A stretch of DNA of 7,837 nt from a virus (IMGVR_UViG_2711768019_000001), one strand, 5' to 3'. Numbered from the stretch's first letter, positions 1-7,630 are shown. A program made the numbers and translations. Notes: a model not told the origin generated them from the sequence alone.

Positions 1-98
1 AGGGACAGCTGATAGAAACAGAAGCCACTGGAGCACCTCAAAAACACCATCATACACTAAATCAGTAAGTTGGCAGCATCACCTCATTCGTCTGTTCC

Positions 99-605
99 TT
101 AAATCTTCCAGGAAATTTCTGCATTGCCGTCAGCATCACCGGCACCTGTGAATTCAGCGTTGGTCAGCACCACGTTTTTGCCACTGACTGACGTGGACAT
201 GAATCCACCCAGCGGCACTTTGATGGATTCATCAGTGGAGACGACAACGTATACCGGATCGCCTTTTTTGATAGTGCTGGCATCAAAATCAGAACCGAGA
301 TTAACGGTCACGTAGCCACGCTTCATGGCGTCGCCCGGGAAGTTCTTGCCTGTTCCCACCTGGCGAACCATGTCCGGCTGCGACGTGGTCGGATAAGGGC
401 GCACGTAGATCCCCTTCACCTTGTCTGCGGTATCACCATCTGCCAGCGGCACGAAAAAACCGTCATCATCGTATTTACCAGCCAGGCCATAGGCAGCGAA
501 GGCGTTATCGGATTTAAGGACCACCGGTTCGACGGTTAAGTCCTGCGGGCGAGAGACAGCCCCGGCAATGCCAACAGGCATCCGGTACAGAAATACATTA
601 TTCAT
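99..605 (-). CDS. phage head-associated structural protein, 168 aa (possible decoration/cement-type protein; function not assignable from sequence alone)
   Basis: Intact minus-strand ORF. ATG at 603-605 with AAGGGT 6-7 nt upstream; stop TAA at 99-101. Its start lies 3 nt after the TAA of the upstream 406-aa ORF, i.e. tight operon packing. It occupies the slot after portal/MuF/scaffold where decoration or capsid-accessory genes sit in SPP1-type head modules. Confidence 0.6.
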   Translation of the reverse strand: MNNVFLYRMPVGIAGAVSRPQDLTVEPVVLKSDNAFAAYGLAGKYDDDGFFVPLADGDTADKVKGIYVRPYPTTSQPDMVRQVGTGKNFPGDAMKRGYVTVNLGSDFDASTIKKGDPVYVVVSTDESIKVPLGGFMSTSVSGKNVVLTNAEFTGAGDADGNAEISWKI

Positions 606-608
606 TTT

Positions 609-1829
609 TTACCCTTTACGGTTTGCCCAGAATTCAGCGTTTTGTTTGTTCAGGGAAGCGATACTGGTCATGCCCATGTTTAGGCGCTGTGCATCGCCGG
701 TGGTGGCGCGGGTGTTTCGCCCTTTGGCAACCTCAGACACGGCATTAAACGCCATGTCGACCGATTGTTTCGGTAATTTGCGGATATCCGCATCACCGAC
801 TATCTGGCGAACCAGCGTTTTGTCAGCAGAAGCCAGAACCTCGCGTTTGAACGCGGTCGGTTTCATCTTACGGCTCAGATCGATACCCGGAACGATAACT
901 TCGGCACGCCAGGCTGAGTCACCAGTAATCGTGGTTTCCTCTTCATCGTCCTCGCCGTCACCGGTCGGATTATCGTCAGGCTTATTATCGTTATCGCCCG
1001 TGGCATTTCTTTCCAGCTTAGCCAGCAGGGCTTTCAGTAATGTTTTGAGGTCATCATCACTGTCGCCGGTTGGATCTCCGCCCATCTCTGGTGCTTTGTC
1101 CGGTAGTGGTTGCTGCGGGGACAGGTTGATGTTGAGATTAACGCCCTGCGGCAAATCCCCCTCATCTCCTGTAACCGATGCGGGAGCCGACTCCACCAGT
1201 TCGTTCATGGTGTCGGCATCTCCTGTCTTGATGGCCGCACGCATGCGGTTCCACCAGTTTTTCTTTTGATTTGCCATTGTGTCTCTGTCTCCAATTGCAC
1301 AACGATTTCCGGCTCTGCCTTTAGGGACAAGAGCCACATGGTTTCCGGTAATATCGACCTGCTCGGCTTTACCTGGCTCGGTCTGCTCGTACTCCGCGTC
1401 ATAGCCGCACGACACTTCGCGCAGGCCATCTTCGATAAGCTGAATGGCGCTTTCGTCTTTGACGATAAGGTCAGCCAGCATCAAATCAGACTGCTCACCC
1501 GTCCCGCGCCGGACATTCTGGAGGTGCCCGACAGCAAGCTCTTTCCAGTTCTCGGGATTTACCAGCCGCACATTCCCGTTTTCATCTTCAGGATGCAGGA
1601 TCGTGATGCTCATCCCTTCGAATGAGGCAAGCGTGGCCGGATGGAATACCTGCTCAGGAGAACGCGTGACGACTATTTCACCGAACTTATCGGGTTTCAG
1701 TTTTGGCAGGTCATCAGCACCATAGAGCTGCTTACCTGTTCGTCCTATCGGCACGTCTTTGCACAGCAACGAGCCGTCAGCCAGGCGGTATCGGGTTTCC
1801 CCGAGCCTGGTCTCAAAAAAGTATTTCAT
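609..1829 (-). CDS. putative scaffolding / prohead-core protein, 406 aa, with a central Asp/Gly/Glu-rich low-complexity linker
   Basis: Intact minus-strand ORF. ATG at 1827-1829 lies 3 nt after the TAA stop (1833-1835) of the MuF-like gene; stop TAA at 609-611. Globular-looking N-terminal ~190 aa, acidic low-complexity region at about residues 201-306 (nt ~912-1229), then a basic/helical C-terminal region. Function is inferred from position and composition only. Confidence 0.6.
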   Translation of the reverse strand: MKYFFETRLGETRYRLADGSLLCKDVPIGRTGKQLYGADDLPKLKPDKFGEIVVTRSPEQVFHPATLASFEGMSITILHPEDENGNVRLVNPENWKELAVGHLQNVRRGTGEQSDLMLADLIVKDESAIQLIEDGLREVSCGYDAEYEQTEPGKAEQVDITGNHVALVPKGRAGNRCAIGDRDTMANQKKNWWNRMRAAIKTGDADTMNELVESAPASVTGDEGDLPQGVNLNINLSPQQPLPDKAPEMGGDPTGDSDDDLKTLLKALLAKLERNATGDNDNKPDDNPTGDGEDDEEETTITGDSAWRAEVIVPGIDLSRKMKPTAFKREVLASADKTLVRQIVGDADIRKLPKQSVDMAFNAVSEVAKGRNTRATTGDAQRLNMGMTSIASLNKQNAEFWANRKG

Positions 1830-1832
1830 GGG

Positions 1833-2615
1833 TTATGCTGCCCTTTTCATTGCGAATGGAACGCGAACAAACACGATCTCTTTATAGCAGCGGCAGTTTG
1901 GCAGCTCGCCCGCGTGGCCGGTCATGCCGTCCAAAGTTGGAGGTGAATCCCAGCGGACGAATTTACCTTTCATGTGATCGTGGGAATCTCGGACATCGCC
2001 ATCATCGGCTGTACGCCAAATATAACCATCCGAGCCAATAGCTATCGCTCGGGCCATATCCAGCGCGCCCGTTGCTCTTCCCAGTTCCGTTCGGGCAATC
2101 AGATCGGCCCTAGACTTAGCAACATCGCCGGTAGATGCAATCTCTTTAGCAAACTGCTCCGCCCGACCACCGGTGACAACAGCCTCTATCGCTTTGTTCT
2201 GGATGTCGTACACCCTGTCTGCGGCCTCGAGAGGCAGAGATTTGATGTACTTGACCTGTTCGGCGATGATGGATTGCATCACCTGGCCCACAGGAGCGCT
2301 TTCCACAAGATTGCGGAGCTCGCGACTGATGTTCTTGCTGTGTTGCCGCCAAACTTTCTCGTTCTGCCGGGTTAGGTCCGCAGTAAAGTTTTCCGCGACC
2401 TTTGTCGCCCAGGGGGTGATGATTTCACTGTAACGCTCCAGCGCCGCAATAATTTCCGTGATACTGTCATTTGAACCATCGTAGCGACCATTTACGATGT
2501 CTCCGACCGCCCTCGCTATCCTGCGTAGGCTGGTTCGATACCGGATTTCCGCCTGACGGCTCCTGCGGTTCGTCATCAGGTTCGCCGATGCCGGGCGGCG
2601 CTTCATCTTCGGCAT
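1833..2615 (-). CDS. phage head morphogenesis protein, Mu F / SPP1 gp7 family (minor head protein)
   Basis: 260-aa intact ORF directly downstream of the portal gene, which is the conserved gp6-gp7 arrangement. C-terminal region carries a Cys-x-Cys motif (ELPNCRCYKE) as recalled for this family. ATG at 2613-2615 has GAGGA 8 nt upstream. The start is uncertain because this ATG makes a 149-nt overlap with the portal 3' end; later in-frame ATGs exist at 2604-2606 and 2574-2576. Confidence 0.8.
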   Translation of the reverse strand: MPKMKRRPASANLMTNRRSRQAEIRYRTSLRRIARAVGDIVNGRYDGSNDSITEIIAALERYSEIITPWATKVAENFTADLTRQNEKVWRQHSKNISRELRNLVESAPVGQVMQSIIAEQVKYIKSLPLEAADRVYDIQNKAIEAVVTGGRAEQFAKEIASTGDVAKSRADLIARTELGRATGALDMARAIAIGSDGYIWRTADDGDVRDSHDHMKGKFVRWDSPPTLDGMTGHAGELPNCRCYKEIVFVRVPFAMKRAA

Positions 2616-3933
2616 TCTCGATGTCCTCGTCGGTAATGGATGCCCCGATGCCGGTTACGTCAGAATTTTCTCGCAAATCAGTCATAGCGGCTTTCAGTGT
2701 CATCAGACCATCACCCAGCGCCGTACTGATTGCGTTGGTGGTGTTTAACGCCACCGTTGAGCGATCGACATCAGACATTTGCCAGAGCGGGTTAAACTCA
2801 AACGTGAAATCGTCCGGCAGCGGCTTGCCAAGTTCCGAACGATGCATGATGTCCAGTATCCGCCGCACCGGAAGACGTAAACGCCTCTCCTGCAACGAAC
2901 TGATGCGATCGTAATAGTTGGCAAGGTCTGCATCACCGGTAGAAAATCCTTTCGGGGACTGTCCGAACAACCGCACCAGTGGGATACCAACAGCGCCACT
3001 AATCTGTTCTACAAACTGCGAAAGGATGTCATCCAGACCACTGAAGCTGTACTGATGGGTTTCAAACTTATCCCGCGAGTCCATGAGCGTCATGCCTTCA
3101 TTACTCTGGAACTGTCGAATCAGGTCGATATTCTTCAGCAACGCTTCATACGCAGGACCACCAAGTGCGATAAGCTCGCGTAGCTTCTCCACGCTGTAGG
3201 TACGCAAATGCGCCTTGTAGACCAGCTGCGCCGCGCCGACAGTAGCGCTGTCGAACGCGGTAAGACGATCCCAGATACGCTCTACAACCGACATTCCCCA
3301 TTCGTTCTCGGTCATCTTCTGCTGAAATGGCAACGTGACGCCATCAAAGCGAATCAGGCGACTGTGATGAATGCGCCAGGCAGGAATTCCCGTTGCTGTG
3401 GTCACCACATCGTAAAACTCAGGTTTACCCAGGTCCGGCCCCATATCTTTAATGCGGCGGGTCAGTGCCGGGTCGACCATCCAGCGGTCGAGCGGGAGAA
3501 TCCCCTTAAACTTGCCCTTACCGATGGTTTCGGGTCGCAGCGGGGTCATTGGTGCCTACCCCTCAATCATGATGAAACCCACCGCGCCGCCGTAGAGGCG
3601 CGACCATTTCAGCACGTCATTCAGCGCATCCCAGATTTGCAACTCATCCAGTTGTGATTCGAGAATGCCACGATCTTTTGCATCAATTTCCGAAGTGATG
3701 CGAATGCCTTTGCGGGTCATATCATCCGGGATAGCATCGACTGCTTCGCCGATGATCTAGGATGAACGATAGGACCATTCCACCAGCATGCGGTTACGAC
3801 TGGTGAAATTAGCCCGGTAGGTGGATGCTGAGTGCTGGTTAGGTGTCTGCATCCCTACGCGGGCAATAAAATTCTCATAACCATCAGCTGTGGCCTGCAC
3901 AGTTCGCCGCAGGGCTTGTTTGTTTCGTGCCAT
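2467..3933 (-). pseudogene. phage portal protein gene (SPP1 gp6-like), single 489-codon frame interrupted by two in-frame TAG codons at 3757-3759 and 3556-3558; longest uninterrupted segment is 2467-3549
   Basis: Minus-strand ATG at 3931-3933 overlaps the terL stop TGA (3933-3935) by one base, a typical coupled start. Translation gives MARNKQALRRTVQATADGYENFIARVGMQTPNQHSASTYRANFTSRNRMLVEWSYRSS, then TAG, then 66 sense codons (IIGEAVDAIPDDMTRKGIRITSEIDAKDRGILESQLDELQIWDALNDVLKWSRLYGGAVGFIMIEG), then TAG, then AP followed by the 360-aa ORF MTPLRPETIGKG...WFK ending at TGA 2467-2469. All three pieces are in the same frame with no indels. Acidic C-terminal tail and position between terL and the MuF-like gene support a portal. 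Typed pseudogene because the sequence as given cannot make full-length protein without stop suppression. Confidence 0.8.
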
Positions 3934-5363
3934 CAGGCCTGTCTCCCCAGCTGTTCCCAGATATCCAGCGATGTATCGATTGGCGCGAAGGCCATAATGA
4001 ATGCATCAGCAACGTTTGGTGACGGTATCTCGCGTTTTGCGAGGTCTTTTTTACTTTCGACCATCACACGTCCGTTACGGTCGAAATCACGATGAGGTGT
4101 TGTCAGTTCCAGTTTCAGCTTTTCAAGCAACGGACAACGAGAATCTATGCTGATCAGCTCATCCACAGGATACTGTTCTCCGTTGTTAATGGCGTTAAAC
4201 GTATTTCTGAAACGGTCAGCCACCAGCCACCATGCCTGAGCCTTAAGATTTGCGAAAAAGTCTTTGTTGGGGATGCCGTTGTACTCGTCATCTGGCTCAT
4301 GCACACCAGCACCGGCGTTAAACCTCTGGTAATTCACACGTCGCGCGTATGCGTTCTCGCTCTTCCGGTCAGCGTTAATTTCAGAGAATTTAGCACCGGC
4401 AGACGCACCAACACCGATAGAGTCGTAAACAATATCTGCTTCACGCTCCAGCGCCGCCTGATAAGTACGCTGGCAGCTCTTCAGTAATTCATCTTCTTTG
4501 GCCTTCCATTCGTCGGCCCAGAAAACAACGGATCCGTGACGGTAAACGTTAGCGCACTTATCTGTACCACTGTCAGCCACGTCAAAGCCAATACGCTTTC
4601 TTCCACTGGGTTCGAAATTTAACGTTTTGTGCGCATCCACTGCGGCTTCTATCCAAGACAGTTTGATGATTGCCGCATCATCATCAGACTCCGGAACGCC
4701 CTCATACACATGTTTAAAACCATCCGGATCACGGCGTCGCGCCGCGTCGATAACCTTAAGCATGGTGTCAGACAGAAACGGATTTTCGTCATAGTTAATT
4801 TTGCGGATGAGAGTGCCTTCGGGCGGATCAACAACGAAGTTGCGCCAGACGAAATCAGTAACAAGTCCGGGGTTGAATATGAACCAGCATTCCGAACCCT
4901 CTTTACGGATCGTTGGCTCCAGAATTTTCCACTGGTATTCCGTCAGTGCGTGGGCTTCTTCCAGCCACAACACATCGATCCCCTCCAGTGACTTAATTTC
5001 TTCGATGTTGCGCCATAATCCATAAAAAACAAATTCCGAGCCAGTAACCCGGTTAATGATTTTGTTGTTCAGAATACGGAAACGGTGCCGCAGACCAAAC
5101 CTGTCTATCTGAATTTTGAGCAGGGTATACACCGACTCTTCGATTTTATTCTGGATCTGACGGGCACAACAAAAACGCAGGGTGTATTTATTCGACAGAA
5201 ATATGGCAATGCCAGCGGCATCCCATGATTTTGACGATGACCGACCACCATAAAGCACTTTGTTACGTGCCCGCATAGTCCAGAAACTACGTAAAGCCGG
5301 ATTCAGCGTCGGTTTGGATGTCAGAGTAGAAGTCATTGAGGTCACGCTCTCCATTGCCATCAT
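3933..5363 (-). CDS. terL: terminase large subunit, PBSX/SPP1-type (N-terminal ATPase, C-terminal nuclease)
   Basis: Six-frame ORF 3933-5444. Walker A-like motif YGGRSSSKSW near the N-terminus and Walker B-like VLWLEEAH, with a long C-terminal domain typical of terminase nuclease. Stop TGA at 3933-3935. Start most likely an internal ATG (5361-5363, 5352-5354 or 5334-5336) rather than 5444, which would overlap terS by 158 nt; AGGT lies 5 nt upstream of the ATG at 5363, GGAGAG 11 nt upstream of the ATG at 5336. Exact start is uncertain. Confidence 0.9.
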   Translation of the reverse strand: MMAMESVTSMTSTLTSKPTLNPALRSFWTMRARNKVLYGGRSSSKSWDAAGIAIFLSNKYTLRFCCARQIQNKIEESVYTLLKIQIDRFGLRHRFRILNNKIINRVTGSEFVFYGLWRNIEEIKSLEGIDVLWLEEAHALTEYQWKILEPTIRKEGSECWFIFNPGLVTDFVWRNFVVDPPEGTLIRKINYDENPFLSDTMLKVIDAARRRDPDGFKHVYEGVPESDDDAAIIKLSWIEAAVDAHKTLNFEPSGRKRIGFDVADSGTDKCANVYRHGSVVFWADEWKAKEDELLKSCQRTYQAALEREADIVYDSIGVGASAGAKFSEINADRKSENAYARRVNYQRFNAGAGVHEPDDEYNGIPNKDFFANLKAQAWWLVADRFRNTFNAINNGEQYPVDELISIDSRCPLLEKLKLELTTPHRDFDRNGRVMVESKKDLAKREIPSPNVADAFIMAFAPIDTSLDIWEQLGRQA

Positions 5364-6051
5364 CAATACCTGCATCACGGCGAAGACGATCAGCCTCCAG
5401 AGACACCTTATCAGTGGCGGCCTTGCGGTAGGCTGTATCAGCAAATATTTTTCCTACCGTCGCAAGCGTGCCAACGATGGACTCAATACGAACTGTATTG
5501 CGCATCATTGCTTTCTCGGCGGCGCTGATATTTTCAATCAGCATCTTCCTTTCCTGGTCCCCATTAGCATCTTCCAGCGACACCAACCACCGACCAATAT
5601 TCTCTGCAGCGACAAGGTTGTTAGCACGAAGGCGAAATAATTCGTCCTCGAGCGTCAACGCTTTAGCGTCCTCTATCACCTCATCTTTGAGCAGAAGGCG
5701 ACGGGCATAACCACCGTGTTTTAATGCCTGCTGGTTACCGGGTTGGAATGGGTTAGTCGGGGGATCGGTACGCATTCCGCGTATCGGTTTCGTATCCGGT
5801 GTAGATTCTGTTTTTAGTTGCGTACTTTTTTGTGTAAGGCCAGTAATGGCAGGCTTTCTGCTGGTACGCACTTTCCTTTTTTGCGTACCATTTTTGCAAA
5901 CCTGCGTACCGCCACTGCGTGCCCAACCAAGCTTTTTGGCCCTCTTCCTGATAGCCCCTTCTGTAACGCCGTATTTCTCGCCTATATCACGGAGGCTAAG
6001 GACTCCGGCCCGGTATGCCGATTCGATGGCCTCCCAGTCCGGTTTTGCCAT
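5287..6051 (-). CDS. terS: terminase small subunit, 254 aa, with N-terminal helix-turn-helix DNA-binding region
   Basis: Intact ORF immediately upstream of terL. N-terminus MAKPDWEAIESAYRAGVLSLRDIGEKYGVTEGAIRKRAKKLGW is HTH-like, as in many small terminase subunits. ATG at 6049-6051 with AGGAAG 7 nt upstream; stop TAG at 5287-5289. Confidence 0.8.
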   Translation of the reverse strand: MAKPDWEAIESAYRAGVLSLRDIGEKYGVTEGAIRKRAKKLGWARSGGTQVCKNGTQKRKVRTSRKPAITGLTQKSTQLKTESTPDTKPIRGMRTDPPTNPFQPGNQQALKHGGYARRLLLKDEVIEDAKALTLEDELFRLRANNLVAAENIGRWLVSLEDANGDQERKMLIENISAAEKAMMRNTVRIESIVGTLATVGKIFADTAYRKAATDKVSLEADRLRRDAGIDDGNGERDLNDFYSDIQTDAESGFT

Positions 6052-6165
6052 GATTATGCTTCCTGTGATTTACTGTTATCGCTGCCTGTCACAATAGGTT
6101 GCTTTAATTCTTCCTCATCACTCACTCCTGCGACGCTCCGTGGCAGGGCCCCCCACAGGAGTACC

Positions 6166-6195
6166 TTGTAAATGTAAGGTGTTTAAGCCTAAATT
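6166..6195 (+). promoter_or_regulatory. candidate sigma70 promoter for the DedA/YqaA-like gene (TTGTAA, 18-bp spacer, TAAATT)
   Basis: Hexamers read directly in the divergent intergenic region 6052-6248, about 55 nt upstream of the ATG at 6249. Weak match to consensus; no experimental support. Confidence 0.2.
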
Positions 6196-6248
6196 AAGTC
6201 GTATCACGGTTAAATAGCAAAGAAAAATTCACAGAAGGAAAGACATTG

Positions 6249-6758
6249 ATGGAGTGGATAAATGCTTTGATGAACTATTTTGTACTTCATCCATATCGCC
6301 TATGGGGGCTTCTTTTTATAATAGCGTTCACAAAATCCACTTTACTCATTTCGGCGATATTGCCACCAGCATCAATTATGATGGCCACTGTAATTACAGT
6401 CAGCAAGACGACTCTTTCACCATGGGAAGCTGGAATCACGGTCATGAGTGGCGCATGGTGCGGTACTATCGTTAATTACCATCTTGGTATAATAATTGGG
6501 CATATCCCTCAACTTGCATGTATAATATCAAGCCGTTCCAATACAATAGAACGGGTTCGCCTTCAGTTGCAAAATAACTCTGTGTCAATACTTTTCACTT
6601 CGCGCTTTATCGCCGTGCTGCGTTATATTGCTCCTTTGGTGGCAGGAATGTTGCAACTTCATCCAGTGAAAGTGTATACAGTGAGTCTGATTTCAGCTGC
6701 TAGCTGGTCAGCACTTTATGTTGGTAGTTTTAGCTTCGTGTTGCCTTTTTTTAGCTAA
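6249..6758 (+). CDS. DedA/YqaA-like (VTT/SNARE-associated family) polytopic inner-membrane protein, 169 aa; moron-type accessory gene
   Basis: Only convincing plus-strand gene. ATG at 6249 (the six-frame ORF begins one codon earlier at TTG 6246) with AAGGAA about 8 nt upstream; stop TAA at 6756-6758. Translation is strongly hydrophobic with several predicted TM segments and recalled similarity to E. coli YqaA (ILPPASIMMATVI vs LLPGNSEVVLVAML; SGAWCGTIVNYHLG vs MGNSLGGLTNVILG). Visibly more AT-rich than the flanking structural genes (roughly 40% vs roughly 53% GC by eye) and transcribed against the phage late operon. Confidence 0.6.
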   Translation: MEWINALMNYFVLHPYRLWGLLFIIAFTKSTLLISAILPPASIMMATVITVSKTTLSPWEAGITVMSGAWCGTIVNYHLGIIIGHIPQLACIISSRSNTIERVRLQLQNNSVSILFTSRFIAVLRYIAPLVAGMLQLHPVKVYTVSLISAASWSALYVGSFSFVLPFFS

Positions 6759-6846
6759 ACTGCCCATAAAAAGCTCTTGCGAATCCAGCTTCCCCCATTC
6801 CTCTGACAACAGAATCTGATTTGAAGGATAATGAGTAAAATTACCG

Positions 6847-7095
6847 CTACCCCCCAAGGCATTGGATCCTGATGTACTCCTGAAGCATTCTCAATGCTGT
6901 CTGGTCGCTGATGATTCCGTCCCGGATACCGAGAACGTTTCGTCCAGCAACTGGAGAGAGTTCGACGGTGGCATCATTGCCCATGCCGGAGGCGCTGGAG
7001 GTTTCGGCTGAGGATGGCACAGGGCATTTTCCTTTGACGAGCACCCGACCACCATTATCAAGCTTGCGCCGAAGAGCATCATTTTCAGCTTTCGC
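6847..7095 (-). CDS. Rz: Rz-type i-spanin, C-terminal part only (5' end lies in the N gap)
   Basis: Translation from the gap edge reads AKAENDALRRKLDNGGRVLVKGKCPVPSSAETSSASGMGNDATVELSPVAGRNVLGIRDGIISDQTALRMLQEYIRIQCLGG. AKAENDALR matches the lambda Rz motif (ADAKAENDALRDD) and the C-terminus resembles P22 gp15 (YLQEYIRSQCLK), both recalled from memory. Stop TAG at 6847-6849 followed one codon later by TAA. Confidence 0.8.
   Translation of the reverse strand, partial: AKAENDALRRKLDNGGRVLVKGKCPVPSSAETSSASGMGNDATVELSPVAGRNVLGIRDGIISDQTALRMLQEYIRIQCLGG
6891..7082 (-). CDS. Rz1: Rz1-type o-spanin lipoprotein, embedded in the +1 frame of Rz; true start probably just inside the N gap
   Basis: Translation MMLFGASLIMVVGCSSKENALCHPQPKPPAPPAWAMMPP... 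has a lipobox (VVGC) and a proline-rich segment matching lambda Rz1 (LVVVGCTSKQ...CVKPPPPPAWIMQPP, from memory). Upstream in-frame codons before the gap read RKLKMML, like the lambda Rz1 N-terminus MLKLKMML. Stop TGA at 6891-6893. Confidence 0.8.
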   Translation of the reverse strand: MMLFGASLIMVVGCSSKENALCHPQPKPPAPPAWAMMPPSNSLQLLDETFSVSGTESSATRQH

Positions 7096-7630
7096 NNNNN
7101 NNNNNNNNNNNNNNNNNNNNNNNNNNNNNNNNNNNNNNNNNNNNNNNNNNNNNNNNNNNNNNNNNNNNNNNNNNNNNNNNNNNNNNNNNNNNNNNNNNNN
7201 NNNNNNNNNNNNNNNNNNNNNNNNNNNNNNNNNNNNNNNNNNNNNNNNNNNNNNNNNNNNNNNNNNNNNNNNNNNNNNNNNNNNNNNNNNNNNNNNNNNN
7301 NNNNNNNNNNNNNNNNNNNNNNNNNNNNNNNNNNNNNNNNNNNNNNNNNNNNNNNNNNNNNNNNNNNNNNNNNNNNNNNNNNNNNNNNNNNNNNNNNNNN
7401 NNNNNNNNNNNNNNNNNNNNNNNNNNNNNNNNNNNNNNNNNNNNNNNNNNNNNNNNNNNNNNNNNNNNNNNNNNNNNNNNNNNNNNNNNNNNNNNNNNNN
7501 NNNNNNNNNNNNNNNNNNNNNNNNNNNNNNNNNNNNNNNNNNNNNNNNNNNNNNNNNNNNNNNNNNNNNNNNNNNNNNNNNNNNNNNNNNNNNNNNNNNN
7601 NNNNNNNNNNNNNNNNNNNNNNNNNNNNNN
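7096..7630. other. assembly gap (535 N) within the lysis cassette
   Basis: Uninterrupted run of n. The six-frame ORFs drawn through it (poly-X) are artefacts. From typical gene sizes (inference) the gap should contain the endolysin body and the Rz and Rz1 starts. Confidence 0.99.

Noticed and set aside
1-98. Start of the next downstream minus-strand gene (expected major capsid protein) at the left window edge
   Set aside because: Possible starts exist (e.g. GTG at 36-38 with GAGGTG 5 nt upstream, ATG at 51-53), but fewer than 20 codons are visible and none is distinctive, so no feature is called.
3556-3759. Reassignment of TAG to a sense codon (alternative genetic code) as the explanation for the portal TAGs
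   Set aside because: terS (stop at 5287-5289) and Rz (stop at 6847-6849) both terminate at TAG in sensible places, so TAG functions as a stop in this element. Nonsense mutation, suppressor dependence or sequencing error are more likely.
5364-5444. terL starting at the first ATG of the six-frame ORF (5444)
   Set aside because: Would create a 158-nt overlap with terS and add a hydrophobic, non-conserved-looking N-terminal extension. An internal ATG just upstream of the Walker A motif is more plausible.
124-6171. Plus-strand ORFs of 63-233 aa overlapping the minus-strand structural genes (e.g. 124-315, 568-1269, 1110-1625, 1444-2041, 1974-2433, 2471-2914, 3208-3657, 3832-4095, 4092-4487, 4629-5025, 5260-5710, 5818-6171)
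   Set aside because: All lie antisense or out of frame within well-supported minus-strand genes, have no convincing ribosome-binding sites, and give low-complexity Ser/Arg/Cys-rich translations typical of shadow ORFs.
6759-6846. Intrinsic terminator between the convergent moron and Rz genes
   Set aside because: Only a weak 5-bp stem (AAGCT...AGCTT) with an 11-nt loop and no clear U-tract was found. Insufficient to call.
7096-7630. 535-nt homopolymer-like block considered as a repeat or spacer array
   Set aside because: It is a run of ambiguous bases (N), i.e. a scaffold gap, not biological sequence. The ORFs 6847-7644, 6911-7660 and 7085-7729 as drawn through it are poly-X artefacts; only their real-base ends were used.
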